This document shows, in pieces, positions 24,874-39,019 of a stretch of 64,000 nt of DNA. Source of the stretch: Octopus vulgaris (taxonomy: Eukaryota). Below the pieces are notes generated by a model. The model saw only the letters and a program-made list of their open reading frames with translations, was not told where the DNA came from and did no database searches. The first letter of the stretch is position 1. Each line of letters opens with the position of its first letter. Position numbers and translations under genes: made by a program. The DNA lies in assembly GCA_951406725.2 (NCBI GenBank), contig OX597823.1, positions 64,852,001-64,916,000 on the forward strand, in the 5' to 3' direction.

Positions 24874-24907
<34 letters not shown>

Positions 24908-25068
24908 GGTGGTGGTGGTGGTGGTGGTGGTGGTGGTGGTGGTGGTGGTGGTGGTGGTGGTGGTGGTGATGATGATGATGGTGGTTGTGGTGGTGGTGGT
25001 GGTGGTGGTGGTGGTGGTGGTGGTGGTGGTGGTGGTGGTGGTGGTGATGATGATGATGATGATGATGA
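24839..25068. repeat. (GAT)n/(GGT)n compound microsatellite
   Basis: Directly visible; explains the poly-H, poly-P and poly-V ORFs. Confidence 0.95.
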
Positions 25069-25418
25069 CATTTCATATTTATATTTTACTTACTATTTAG
25101 AATCGAATCCTCTGGAGGTTTTAAATTTGACTTCTAATGTGTACAAGGAAAATTAAGCAGAGATCATACACATCAATTAAATCTACAAAAGAAAATAGAT
25201 TTTCTAGTTATTCTCAGATGAATTGTTGTAGATATTTAATTGATGTGTGAACAGTATGTTATAACATCATATATGATTCTAAATCTGACAATGCCAGGGG
25301 TTATGCCAAAAAAATATGTCATTTCAGATCAAGATGTATTAATGTATAGAATTAGTGTCGTTTTATAGATTAGCATGATAATACACATTAAGTAAAATTA
25401 CTATTAAGATAATAATAA

Positions 25419-25813
25419 TACTCTTTTATTTGTTTCAGTCATTTGACTGTGGCCATGCTGGAGCACCTCCTTTAGTCTGTAACTAACTAACTAGTCGAGC
25501 AAATCGACCCCAGGATTTATTCTTTGTAAACCTAGTACTTATTCTGTCGGTCTCTTTTGCCGAACCGCTAAGTTATGGGGATATAAACACACCAGCATCA
25601 GTTGTCAAGTGATGTTGGGGGGACAAACGCAGACACACAAACATATACACACACATATATAAGACGGGCTTCTTTCAGTTTCCGTCTACCAAATCCACTC
25701 ACAAGGCTTTGGTCAGACTGAGGCTATAGTAGAAGACACTTGCCCAAGGTGCCACACAGTGGGACTGAACCTGGGACCATGTGGTTGGTAAGCAAGCTAC
25801 TTACCACACAGCC
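25419..25813 (-). mobile_element. SINE family A
   Basis: Reverse complement of family A. Confidence 0.85.
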
Positions 25814-25849
25814 TCCCTTATGGGATGTTAACTGAGTGTATGTCTTTAA

Positions 25850-26270
25850 AATGGAAAAGTAATATGAACATGGACCAGAAGCTGTGATATAAAATGAAAA
25901 TTACAAAATTTTGTGGGATTTCTCCATGATGACTCACCGTACTATTGAAGCAAGAAGACCAGATATGGTCATCGAGGACAAAATAAATAAACAGTGTAAG
26001 ATCATAGATTTTGCAATTCCTTATGATAGCAGAGTTGATACCAAAGAAAGTGGAAAAAATTGAGAAATATCAAGATATATCCAGAGAGCTGAGGAAACTG
26101 TGGAAGACCAAGACAATAATTATTCCTGCAGTAATTGGTGCACTTGGCACAACACCCAAAATGCTACCTAAAAGACAGAAAGAAACTGGAATTGAAACTT
26201 GCATTGTTTTCCTATAGAAAAGTACCATCCTCCATTCTGCAAGATTCTTAAGGTTTTTGGAGACTTGAGG
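25850..26270 (+). mobile_element. R4/Dong-like LINE 3' end (RLE endonuclease)
   Basis: ENYKILWDFSMMTHRTIEARRPDMVIEDK..CKIIDFAIPYDSR, then EKIEKYQDISRELRKLW..IIPAVIGALG. Confidence 0.85.
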
Positions 26271-26337
26271 AGACTTGTTGTCACCAAATATTTAGATAAA
26301 ATACCTTCTAACTAAATTAGCATGGGCTAGCATAATT

Positions 26338-26568
26338 ATCCTTTCTACTAAAGACACAAGGCCTGAAACTTTGCAGTGGGTGGGTGGGTGGGGGGGAATA
26401 ATTCAATCACATCGACCCCAGTGTTCAACTGGTGCTTATTTCGTCAACCCTGAAAGGATGAAAGGCAAAGTTGACCTCAGCAGAATTTGAACTCAGAGCA
26501 TTAAGACCAACAAATTTTCACTAAGCATTTTGTCTGGCATGCTAACAATTCTGCTGGCTCACCACCTT
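26338..26568 (-). mobile_element. SINE family B
   Basis: gaaaggatgaaaggcaaagttgacctcagcagaatttgaactcag. Confidence 0.75.
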
Positions 26569-26576
26569 ATGCGCTA

Positions 26577-26691
<115 letters not shown>

Positions 26692-26704
26692 TATTATTAT
26701 TATT

Positions 26705-26922
26705 CTTGAGTGGGATGGCCTACTTGACCTGAAGAAAATTCTAAATGGGCCCCACCTGCAAGATCATGCACTATTTATCTTGATATGATATCAATATGTT
26801 GTGCACGTATGGTTGTAATGCGTATATCTGATATACCCTTATCGGGTAGTCATGGTTGATATACTGGGCTTTGTATATTTTACCCCAGTGTCACTTTGAT
26901 GGCATGCACTGCTCTCTCACTC
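26705..26922 (+). mobile_element. Family D 3' fragment
   Basis: Homologous to about 13980-14200; preceded by (AAT)n/(TTA)n. Confidence 0.7.
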
Positions 26923-26934
26923 AATAATAATAAT

Positions 26935-27135
26935 CCTTTCTACTATAGGCACAAGGCCCAAAATTTTGGGGAAGGGGGCCAGTCAATTAGATCGACCCCA
27001 GTATGCAACTGGTACTTAATTTATTGACCCCAAAAGGATGAAAGGCAAAGTTGATCATGGCGGAATTTGAACTCAGAATGAAATACTGCTAAGCATTTCG
27101 CCCAGCATGCTAATGTTTCTGCCAGCTCACCGCCT
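26935..27135 (-). mobile_element. SINE family B
   Basis: Family B motifs with head gccagctcaccgcc. Confidence 0.8.
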
Positions 27136-27139
27136 TGGA

Positions 27140-28170
27140 ACTGTAAAAAATTGACCGAAAAATTCTGAAAAAAATGGCAACATACCAGGCTTTGCATAAA
27201 ATGACATATGGACAGGCTGTATATGAAACATAGAAATGGAGGAAGGGGATTGATCAACATGAAGTATATGAGCACGAAAGTGAAAAGTCTGAAGCAATAT
27301 GCTTAAGAAAGCACTGAAGAATTGCTAGCAGAAGTAAGCAATGTAAACATACTAGGTGAAGGACAAACAAAAGATTAAGTGCTTGGAAAGAGAAAGCAAA
27401 GTTATATGGAAAATCATTTATACTTCAGTTTATGAAGAATACTGAGGCAGAAAGAGGCAATGGTACTTGGAATTGGTTGGAGAATGAAATTCTCAAAAGG
27501 ACCAGAAGGATTAATGAAGGCAGCTCAGAGTCAAGTGCTCTTGACAAATAGTGCAAAATGGAGGGCAGGTTTCAATGTGTTGTCATTGAGTAGTTTGTGT
27601 AATGAATAAGAAGAAACAATGACCTGCATAACAGGTGAATGTTCTAAACTCACATAGAAACGATAAAAATCTTGGATACATGACAACATGGCAAAGATCA
27701 TCCACTGGGAAATGTGTAAGAAGTATGGATTTCCATCACGCTACAGGTGGTATGAACATGAACTTGAAAAAAATGACTGAGAATGATGAGGTTAAACTTC
27801 TTTGGGACTTTCCTATCTGAACAGATTATGTCCCAGGGCATAACAGACCAGATATCTTGGTGTTTGAGAAGAGGGAACAGACTTGCTACATAAATGAGGT
27901 GTCCTGTCTATTTGAGACAAGAATAAATGAAAAAGAAATCAACAAGGTAGATATATAGCAAGACCTCAAGAAAAAATAAGTAGATTTTGGAGTTGTAGAA
28001 AAAGCGTGGTTGTATCAAATGTATTTGGGGCCTTAAGGCCAGTGGGTAAGAGACTCAAGGAGTAGCCAGAAAAGACTGGCTTGCAGAAGCACATAAGTTG
28101 CTTGCATCTAGCCTGCATGTTAGGAATGGCGAATATCATTCAAAAGTTCTTGAATGGACGAAGTCACAAG
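27140..28170 (+). mobile_element. R4/Dong-like LINE remnant (RT C-terminus, CCHC, RLE)
   Basis: HMDRLYMKHRNGGRGLIN, AAQSQVLLTN, ETMTCITGECSKL, HDNMAKIIHWEMCKKYG, WYEHE, ENDEVKLLWDFPI*TD..NRPDI; stops and frameshifts. Confidence 0.85.
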
Positions 28171-28431
28171 TGATGACTTGTTATCCAGGAATAAACCCAC
28201 TTAAATTCCATCACACAAGTGAGGTACAAAAATTCTTTGAAATAATAATTCTTTTCGCTATAGGCCTGAAATTTTGTGGACAAGGTGCTGGTTGATGTAA
28301 TCGACTCCAATTTTCAATTGGTACTTATTTCACTAATCCTAAAATGATGAACGGCAAACATACATACATACATGCATGCATACATACATACATGCATACA
28401 TACATACATACATACATACATATAAATATAC

Positions 28432-28751
28432 TGAGACCCCCTTCGGTCATGACTGACTGTGGGATTGCACCTAGAAAGTTACCCTCCCAAGTACAAGTCC
28501 AGGCAACGTTGTTTATGGAAGACCAGCAGTCATCCATGTATACTAGCCTCCCCTCTCCATGCCACCAGTGTTATCCAAGGGAAAGGCAAAGGCCGATACA
28601 GCTTGGTAACTCATTTCTACAGCTGAGTGAACTGGAGCAACATGAAATAAAGTGTCTTGCTCAAGAACACAACACACAGCCTAGTCCGGGATTCAAACTC
28701 ACAACCTCACGATCGTAAGCTCGACACTCTAACCACTGACCCATGCGCCTT

Positions 28752-28752
<1 letters not shown>
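28432..28752 (-). mobile_element. SINE family C
   Basis: Reverse complement of 9813-10147. Confidence 0.85.
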
Positions 28753-28788
<36 letters not shown>

Positions 28789-29817
28789 ACACATTTATAT
28801 TATTCTGCCAATAATATTAATTGCCAACAAAAATATAATGATTCACCTCAATTGTTGTCATATTTATAACAAGCTTTTATATGTGTACTCTGTGTTGATA
28901 CTCCATTCAATTGATACTATTTATTTTCTAAACCTATCAGTGTTATTAGAAGTAAGATTTCTCAAAAATGCACATTTTCATAGCCTGATATTAAGTATTC
29001 TATGGTTGTTAGATGTCATTTGATTTAATAGACTCAAGTTACCTTTTTTTTATTATTACGTTCATTTTTTTTTTTTGCTTTTATTTAACCTATTAAAATT
29101 CTGAACATCCTTTTACCTACCATTGAATGGTTTCATAGAAATATCAGTGTAAATAATAATTAATGATAATAATTAAAGAGAGTAATTGAGATCAATTCTG
29201 ATATTGTTCACTGATGGTGCTTGGTGCCAAGATAATTAAAGCCACTAACTAGTCATTATACTAAACAAATTAAATAACGACAGTGGTGATGATGATGAAA
29301 ATGATGATGATGATGGTGGTAGTGGTGGTGGTGGTAGTGGCGAGGATAATGATGACGATTAAATGCTGGAGTATAGGTGAAAATGATTGGTGGTATTTGT
29401 TCAAATTTTTACATTTGGAGTTCAAACCCTGCTGATGTCATTTCTTTAAAGATTGATAGAATAAAATACCCATGGGGTTCAGTTACATGAAATTTGTGGC
29501 TTTGTGCCTGAATTGGGAAGACGAGCATAAGAGAAATGCCTTTCAAGCGTTGCACATATCCTAGAAGCATTATTGGATAGAGAGTGGATTGGCAGAACTG
29601 TTTGAATATTGAACAAAATACCTTACCACAGTTGATTATGATTCTTTTATGTTCAGAGTTCAAATCCTACCAAGTTCAACTTTGCTGTTCATTCCTGTAT
29701 TATGAAATATGAAATGAAATGAAGTGATATTAGCATTCATCAGAAAAGTTGTCAGAGCATGACAAAGCAACCACACACTAAGATAGGACAAGCCACCTAG
29801 AAAGGTCATAGCTGATT

Positions 29818-30232
29818 GCTCTTTTACTCTTTTACTTGTTTCAGTCATTTGACTGTGGCCATGCTGGAGCACCACCTTTAGTCAAGCAAATCAACCCCAG
29901 GACTTATTCTTTGTAAGCCTAGTACGTTTTCTATCGGACTCTTTTGCCGAACTGCTAAGTTATGGGGATGTAAAAACAGCAGCATCAGTTGTCAAGTAAT
30001 GTTGGGGAGACAAACACAGACACACAAACTTATACACACACTCACAGATATATATATACACATATATACGATGGGCTTCTTTCAGTTTCCGTCTACCAAA
30101 TGCACTCACAAGGCTTTGGTCTGCCCGAGGCTATAGTAGAAGACACTTGCCTAATGTGCCATGCTATGGAACTGAACCTGGAACCATGTTGGTTGGTAAG
30201 CAAGCTACTTACTACACAGCCACTTCTATGCC
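29818..30232 (-). mobile_element. SINE family A
   Basis: Reverse complement of family A. Confidence 0.85.
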
Positions 30233-30680
30233 TTGAAAAGTTTTTGTTGTGGTCATCAGGAAAGAAAGTGTCTCTTAATAAGTGTGTGAGTCCAAATGGA
30301 TGCTAATGTATTTCCAATAAAGGCTACACTACAACAACAACGGTCTTCCTTACTATGTGAATTAAAAGCATTAGTTCTGTTTTTTGTTTTCATTTTTGAT
30401 TTTCTACAGCACTTTGCAATATCCTGGGAATCAGTTAAAACTTACTGGAAAACATGGTGTAGAAAGGAAAAATTTACAGGTACACCTCACATCGAAAGTT
30501 AAACTGTTAAAAATCTAGAAAAAAAATGTTGGAAACTATTCTTTAACTCAGAATTATGAAGGTGTGTCATCTACTTGTCAGGGTGTGGGTCTCAAGATCA
30601 TAAAGTTGTGCATTCATTTCCTTGATTGGGTACAATGTTGTATCCTTGATCAAGGCTTTTCATTTCAAATTACTCTAGTC

Positions 30681-30921
30681 CAGCGGTTCTCATCAGGGAT
30701 TCACATGGCCCTTTGGGGTCCATATAAGATTTAGTTGTTAAAAATTGCGTGCAATAAATTACTTATATTTCTACAATACTCAAAATATATTAATTTTTTA
30801 TACAATTTGTAATATAAAAATGGAATGGGACTTTTTTAAATATCAAATGGTTATGGGGATCCACTTGAGTGAAGTGGGAATCGAAGAGGCCCATAAGCAA
30901 AAAATGGTTGAAAAACCACTG
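30681..30921. mobile_element. hAT-Charlie-type MITE
   Basis: Ends cagcggttctca...tgaaaaaccactg; 8-bp TSD ctctagtc/ctttagtc (7/8 match, TCTAG-centred). Confidence 0.8.
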
Positions 30922-31042
30922 CTTTAGTCTATTCATCTAAAATTAAGCACCAGATGAGTGCTGGTGTATCCCTCCTTGTCCCCAGCCTTCAAATTGCAGA
31001 TGTTCAGCTAGATGGCTGCTACAAGGGCTGACAGTATATATG

Positions 31043-31328
31043 TGAAGGTGCATGGCTTAGTGGTTAGGGGCATTCAGCTCATGATCGTAAGGTCGTGAGT
31101 TTGATTCCCGGTAGTGCATTGTGTTCTTGAGCAAGACACTTTATTTCATGTTGCTCCAGTCTACTCAGCTGGCAAAAATGAGAGGTACCTATTTTTCAAA
31201 GGGCCAGCTTTGTCGTATTCTGTGTCACACGGAATCTCCCGAGAACTGCATTAAGGGTACACTTGCACATTAATTTCACGAGCAAGCTGTTCCATTGATC
31301 ATATCAGCTGGGACCCTTATCGTTGCAA
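31043..31328 (+). mobile_element. SINE with family C head/CORE and a different tail
   Basis: gaaggtgcatggcttagtggttagg...tgtgttcttgagcaagacactttatttc. Confidence 0.7.
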
Positions 31329-31329
31329 C

Positions 31330-31561
31330 CTATTTCTTTACTACCCACAAGGGGCTAAACACAGAGAGGACAAACAAGGACAGACAAACGGATTAAGTTG
31401 ATTATATCGACCCCAGTGCGTAACTGGTACTCATTTAATTGACGCCGAAAGGATGAAAGGCAAAGTCGACCTCGGCAGAATTAGAACTCAGAACATAACG
31501 GCAGACTCAAAACCGCTAAGCATTTAGCCCAGCATGCTAACGTTTCTGCCAGCTTGCCGCC
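31330..31561 (-). mobile_element. SINE family B
   Basis: Full reverse-complement copy. Confidence 0.85.
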
Positions 31562-32444
31562 AACAGAGTGCTCCTCCTATATCTGTATCTGATCATGATT
31601 CTACTGGTGGTTAAAACAATTAGTAAAAAGCATGGTGCTAGTTAATAAGTCATCCTCACTTATTAGAGAGACCTATGCATGTATAACAGAACTATAAACA
31701 ATAGGACTTTCAAGATGCACAATTATTAGTGTACATTTTATAAGGATTTAAATTATAATTTTTAAAATCTGTTGAGCACCTAGTTACACTTTATGCCAAA
31801 CTGAGAACCAATGACTAGAAGCAGTATAAACATAGTAATTATGTAAAAAAAAACTGTAACAAAGCATACAAAAGAAGTAACATAAACACCTGAAGTCATT
31901 TGCTGATATTTTGCCAAGACATTTATGGTTATTCCTCTAAATGTGCAGTGACAAAATAAGTTCTGATCTCTTAAAGACCTTTCTTATTATTGTAGCAGTT
32001 CCAAATTATAATGTGTTTACAATGTTTCTCCTTATATATTTGGTATACAGTATTCTTGGCAAAGTGTGCCAACTTCATGTCTACTATAATTATCAATAGT
32101 CTTTACAAAAGACAGTTTGCTGTAGTAGCAGCCCTCACTCCCTTACCTGCTGCTTGTCCACCTGCTCCAGCATCATTAGGAAGAATGAAACATTCATTGC
32201 AAAATCAATTCTCATAAGAAATATTCCCATAAGTTGAGTCTGCGAAAACTTACTTGCTGAAGTTCTCTAATTTTCGAATTTTACCATAAAGATTTAATGT
32301 GGATATGTCTATGCTGAAATGCTTTCCATGTTCAAGAAAAATGTATATGCATATAAATATATCTTTATATGTATGTATGTATGTATGCACCTATCTGTAT
32401 GTAATCTGTCTGTCTCTCTATCTATCTATCTGTCTGTCTATCTG

Positions 32445-32523
<79 letters not shown>

Positions 32524-32544
32524 GTCTGTCTGTCTATTTATATT

Positions 32545-32578
<34 letters not shown>

Positions 32579-33212
32579 TCTGTCTATCTGTCTATGGGTG
32601 AATGTAGCAAAGATGGTGCGTGTGAGTGACGAAACCACTTTAAGCATGATCCTGTAAATCGTAAAAGAGAGAGCACTTTGCTCTCATGTGTTTATTTCCT
32701 CCCTGCCTGAGGTCAACGTGGTCTTTTCTGTAGGCTTTTCTTCCCACGGATGAACCTAATCTTGTTTCTTACTTTAAAAAAAAATTTGTTTCTGTGATAC
32801 ATGATCTCCTTTGATTGTCTTCTTTTTTTTTCCCCCCGATCCCTTTTGATCGGAATTGTACATTAGTTTCCTTTTTTGTTCCCTTATTCTTTTTCCATCT
32901 TCAAAAAGAAAAGCTCTACATTTGTATTTGTCCCCTCTGTATTCAGCCCTGTGTGGCCAATAAAGAAAGTTATCTATCTATCTATCAACAATATCAAACA
33001 GACATACACAAGGTATGTGTTTTGCCAGTTCATGAGCAAGATGCAATTATAGGCATGAGAGGATATACTCTCACCAAGTCCTTTACACCAATAATTACAG
33101 CCTGCCCACAAACTGGCAAAGCACATGCCTTGTGTATGTGTGTTTGATATTGTTTATATCCCTTGGGCTGCTTCTAATGCATATTTGAATATATATATAT
33201 GTATATATACAC

Positions 33213-33268
<56 letters not shown>

Positions 33269-33554
33269 ATAAGAATTTTTGGAAATTCCTAAATCCTTTA
33301 ATGCATTGCTATGCTCATTTCCTCAAACCTCATGCTTTACTTGTTGTATTCCCCATCCATAGGATATTACAAATATGATTTGCAAAATCCATGGATTTTA
33401 AGGGGAATATTAATATTTCTTTCCTCGGGCAAAAGTTGCATTAGAGTTCTGGCTGTATTGAATGTTTAGCAAAGGGATATTTACTAATTTATGTCAGTCA
33501 GAAGGATCTGTGTTTTCTATCTATCTATCCATCTATCTATCTATCCATCTATCC

Positions 33555-33646
<92 letters not shown>

Positions 33647-33804
33647 GTCTGTCTGTCTGTCTGTCGGTCTGTGTGTCTGCCTGTCTCTCTCTTTCTCTGT
33701 GTATACATACATACATTCATACATACATACATACACATATATATGTATGTATATATATGTATATATGTATATGTATACACACACACACACACACGTGCAC
33801 ACAC

Positions 33805-33843
<39 letters not shown>

Positions 33844-34555
33844 TCAGATTTTGTGCTTGAAGCAACTAAACTATGTAAACATTATCAATACTTAATGAGT
33901 GTGTAATGGTAATGGCCACAAAGCTGCAGTATTTCATCAAAGAGAAAGCCCTTTAAAGATGCTTTTGCATCCCATCAAATAGTTTTTACTCTATTTGTAT
34001 ATATATCTTTAGCAGGATGAGGTGGGTTGTGTTAGAAGTGGAATGTGTGCTGCTGAAGAGTGGAAATGACTGAGAAATATTAGTATCTATTGCTCTCTTT
34101 CACATTCAGAGTGATTTCATTTCACCTAGATTTAGATATGCTGTGTTGTTAAACAAGCTACATCTTTGAAAGGATTGTCTCCCTTAAACAAAATACTGCA
34201 GCTATGTAGTGTTTACTAAAGCATCTGGATTACCAAATAAACCTGGTGAGTAGAGGATTGCATAACAGAGAGGATTAACATAACAGAGAAATTTCTCTCA
34301 TCAGCTGCCCATCAGATAACCTCATGATTTTAACATCTTAAGGTATGTTTCTTTATAAAGATATATTTCTTGTAGAACTTGTGAAATACTGTAAAAACTG
34401 ATGTTGTGTTTGTAGGTGTAACTTAGCAATTTAATAAATAGAGATTGGAACTGATAAGTCGAAAAACCAAGCTGTAGTAAGTACTAACATTGAAGTTGAT
34501 GAAGATGCCCCAGACTGACATAGACATAGGATTGTCATCAGTAAATTAATATAAG

Positions 34556-35305
34556 AACAAGAGCACTCAGAGAGTGCAAACCTCTTCCAAGGCAACTCCA
34601 ATGTCCTCTCAATGATTAGCTAGAGATTATTTTTTAAAATAGGAATATCTGAAATAAACTGGACTGCTCTCACAAACGAAAATACTAAAAATGAACCCAA
34701 CCACTCTCAAATGGAAAAATAATCCAAATGTCTATATACTGAGTGAGAAGTGAAGGGAGAGGTGAGGAAACACTGATACAGTGAAGGAGAAGTAATGAGA
34801 GTAATAGCCATGACTGAGAGAGTGTAAGAGAAAATAATGACAATGAGGAAGACAAAATGAAGTGGCAAAGAGAGTGTTGTATGAATGAGAAAGAAAGGGG
34901 TGATAGATGAATAATGAAGGAAAAAGTGAAAAAGTTGATAAATGGCATTTGAAATGTGAGTATATGTATGTGTAAAATATAGGTATGTTTGTGTGTGTGT
35001 GTGTGTGTGTGTGTACAATGGAAATGGGATGGTTATGTTCAATGCTGAAAATGTGTGAGCATGTGTATGTGTGTGTGTGTGTGTACAAGAGAACTATGTG
35101 AAACTTTACATATATATGTAAAGTAAAACAAAAATCAGAAAAATAATCCAGAATCCTTATATCTAATGAGACTGTGCCAGTCACAAGGCCAAACATCCCT
35201 GAAAGTTTCATCCAAATCCATCCAGCGGTTCTTGAGATATCTTGTCCATGGACAAAACAAACACAACTGAAAATAATACCTCCGCCTTCGCTAAGGTGGA
35301 GGTAA
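34556..35305. mobile_element. HINE/Helentron-like non-autonomous element with an internal insert of about 400 bp
   Basis: Starts aacaagagcactcagagag..aacctc, ends in the hairpin cctccgcc ttcgctaa ggtggagg; ends homologous to 42300-42668, which lacks the middle part. Confidence 0.65.
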
Positions 35306-35907
35306 CTAGACTGAACAACAAAAGTATGAGGTTTTCTATGTTGCTGTATATAAGTGTACAAACTTCACTTGCAAACTGAACAAAACGCAAACATTAGAAT
35401 TGCTACCAAACTTTATAAAGTTTCATTTCTCACTGTGTTTGCGATGAGAACTGTAAAAACTCAATTATAGTGAATCAATAGCGCATACATATCCCGAAGG
35501 CACAACTTTCAGTCAATTTACTGTCAGAGTTAGTTTAATCAGTTATCAATTTTTGTTTTTCTATATTTTCCAAATGTCTAAAATGTGACAAGGCGATCAA
35601 AACCTAGTAATTTTCTTGCTCTTGTTATTTTCCCCGCATTTCAACATTATAGAATGGTAGCTTAGACATAATTATTACTATTTATTTATTCATTTATTTT
35701 TCTGTTTTTTCAAAATATCTGTGTATATGATAACAGAAAAATGTAGGCAGCAATAGTTACGAGAAGAAAAGTAAACGGGATTACGTTTGCTTACTCAGCA
35801 CTTGAATATATTTGCAAATAAATCCACTATTCTTATTACCATTAAGCATGTTTCCCTTTTTCTGGTGTATTTATTTTATAGTAGACTAAGTGAGAAAAAC
35901 TATTCAC

Positions 35908-35951
<44 letters not shown>

Positions 35952-36605
35952 GTCTGTCTTTCTCTCTTTCTCTTTCTCTTTCTCTTACTCTTTCTCTCAC
36001 TTGTCTGGGTAAATTATCGGAAATAAAAATTATTTTATGCAGCTAAATGTAGAATTACTTTTAGGCCTGTTAGCTATATGAATCCCATTAATTTCCTGAA
36101 AAACTAAATACTGTACACAGTGTTCTCTCAAGCTTATATGTATGGTATATGGTAAAATCCAAGGAAGAGAAAAAGAGGAAGGAAGAGAATTAGGGGGTTG
36201 AATGAGAGGAAGACCAACTATAATTGCCATGTATTGGAGAAAGTAACTATTTTTTATGGAATGGTTGAATGAAGATCATATAAATCATATGATAAATGTC
36301 AGAAAAGAAATAATGATTCTTGTGGATTTGGTGCTTGTAGTGCTAAGGAGAAAAGTGGATTGTAAAAACAAAGCGACTTAGAAACTCTATGTAAGCAATC
36401 AGGATTTCTAAAAGAAAATTCTTATATAATTATGTAATTTTTGGTTTATTTTCTGGATTTCTTTTCATGGAAGATTTTTAAAACTTACTTTGCAAATGTC
36501 AGTTTGTCTGATGTTGGGGAATATGAACAGCATGAAAGATAAGGGTGAGAGAAAGAAAGAGAGAAAGAATGATTTAAAGAAATATAAAAAAATCCTGTGC
36601 AGTAT

Positions 36606-37014
36606 ACGCAGGACTGGCTGTGTGGTAAGTAGCTTACTAACCAACCACATGGTTCCGGGTTCAGTCCCACTGCATGGCATCTTGGGTAAGTGTCTTCTTC
36701 TATAGCCCTGGGCCAACCAATGCATTGTGAGTGGAATTGGTAGACAGAAACTGAAAGAAGCCTGTCGTATATATGTATATATGTGTGTGTGTCTGTGTGT
36801 CTGTGTTTGTCCCCCTAGCATTGCTTGACAACCGATGCTGGTGTGTTTACGTCCCCGTCACTTAGCGGTTTGGCAAAATAGACCGATAGAATAAGTACTG
36901 GGCTTACAAAGAATAAGTCCCGGGGTCGATTTGCTCGACTAAAGGCAGTGCTCCAGCATGGCCGCAGTCAAATGACTGAAACAAGTAAAAGATTAAAAGA
37001 GTAAAGAGTAAGAG
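36606..37014 (+). mobile_element. SINE family A
   Basis: Full-length copy with an aagagt-type tail. Confidence 0.85.
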
Positions 37015-37134
37015 TATTAGGTTAATACAGTTGTGTAGTAGATTACAAGTGCTAGTATTCATATATAACTCATGTACATGCTTTGCTGCTACTTGAAAGC
37101 ATTTTTATCTGTTTATATATTATAGAATTTTATA

Positions 37135-37284
37135 GACACAGGCATGGCTTTGTGGTTAGAAGTTTGCTTCTGAACCTCATGGTTCCAGGCTTAGTCCTAC
37201 TGTGTAGCACCTTGGAGAAGTGTGTTTTACTATAGCCTCAGGCTGACATTTCTTTCCACTGCCTAAGTGTCCTATGTGTGTATA

Positions 37285-37342
<58 letters not shown>

Positions 37343-37468
37343 TTAGGGAGTATGGCTCCAAACTTACAGGGAAAAATTAGAATTAGGTTTAAATCAAATT
37401 TCACAGTATAAATTTATAAAATATGAATATATACATACATATATATATGTACAAGCACACACACATTT

Positions 37469-37505
<37 letters not shown>

Positions 37506-37765
37506 GATATATATATATATATATATATAAGTGTGTGTGTCTTTGAGTTTGTGTTTGTCTTCCACCACCACTTGACAACCAGTGTTGGTGTGTTGTTTAT
37601 GTCTCTACAACTGAGCAGTTTGGCAAAAAGAGACTGATAGAAAAAAATACCAGGCATAAAAATAAAAGTAAGTACTTAGATCAGTTTGTTTCACTAAACT
37701 TCTTCATGCTGGTGCCCCAGCATGGCCAAAGTCCAATGACTCAAACAAGTAAAAGATTAAAGATA
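37135..37765 (+). mobile_element. Diverged SINE family A with expanded internal microsatellites
   Basis: Head cacaggcatggctttgtggttag; tail ccagcatggccaaagtccaatgactcaaacaagtaaaag. Confidence 0.6.
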
Positions 37766-38210
37766 AATTATGGCCAATAATTAAATTGAGAGAAACACAG
37801 ACAATTAAATTTAATCAACTTGATGAATACATGTATGATTTTAATTTATTGATCCTGGATAAATGAAGGTAAAATTAAAGCACACATGTGACTTTTTTCT
37901 GTTTCTTTTCTTTTTTTTTTTGCACATACAGACACGTATGACTGCAGCTTATGCATGTTTTGAAGGAATTTAAGGTGAGAGAACTAGCATTAGATACCTG
38001 CTCTATGGTAGGAGCTTTAGTCTGTTGCAGGGTTGAAAATGAGTACTAGTGCTGCTGGAGTAGTGTGAAATGAAGTGTCTTGTTCAAAGACACACTCTGC
38101 CACTTGATCCAAGAATCAAACCCATGACCTTATAATCATAATCTGAATGCCTCAATCCCTAAACCATGTGCTGTCACAAAAACAGATACTCAACAGTAGT
38201 GAAATAAACG

Positions 38211-38250
<40 letters not shown>

Positions 38251-38470
38251 CTAGCACCCACCATCGACCCTATCCCATCATCCACTCCTTCACCTGCACC
38301 TACACCAACCCTATACATACACACATGGTCCCTCAACCCTTTTATCAACCCTATTATCTCCCCTTATTTCGCTCTCGCGTCTCATGTTTGATCTTTGACC
38401 TCTGGCCGAAATCAGATCGCCTGCCTTCGTCTTTTGTTTATTTTCATAAAGCTTCCCGTTATATATATAT

Positions 38471-38713
38471 ATATATTATATAGAGGGCATTTCTACACAT
38501 AAATGCCACATGCTAGGAGGGATTCTTAAAGTCAAAACTACTAAACTAAATAAACATATCGTACCAAATGCAACTCTCGAAGCAAGTCATTTAAAAACAG
38601 AATTTAGCTGCAGATCATGGTGATTTCGTAAACAGTACAGTGGTGATTTGATGCTTTTTTCCAAGGAAAAATGCGTGTAGCATTTATGTGTAGTAATGTC
38701 CTCTATATAATAT
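38471..38713. repeat. Inverted repeat (about 40-bp arms) between (TA)n tracts
   Basis: atattatatagagggcatttctacacataaatgc versus gcatttatgtgtagtaatgtcctctatataatat. Confidence 0.75.
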
Positions 38714-38821
38714 AAATAAATATATTTAAGTAAAAAAATTGGTAGATTTTTTCTCTTATGAGGTTTTTCACGCTGACTACTTGATAAATTCTTATAAAGA
38801 TTTTATCCTATTTTTAAATTG

Positions 38822-38880
<59 letters not shown>

Positions 38881-38975
38881 GATATTAATTAGAGACAAAA
38901 CCACTATTTTGTAAATCAAACAAGGAAAGACTTAATCAATACATAAAAAAATTTTAATATAAAGTAAATAAATCG

Positions 38976-39019
38976 CCACTACAATTGTTTCCTGTCTTCA
39001 AATGACATTCATCAGGTGG
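38976..39019 (-). ncRNA. Type I hammerhead with palindromic stem III
   Basis: Reverse complement: ccac CTGATGA a tgtc atttgaa gaca g GAAA caattg TA gtgg; core intact, first stem II pair mismatched. Confidence 0.75.

Noticed and set aside
24706-25100. Poly-His and poly-Pro ORFs
   Set aside because: (GAT)n/(GGT)n expansion of an RTE tail.
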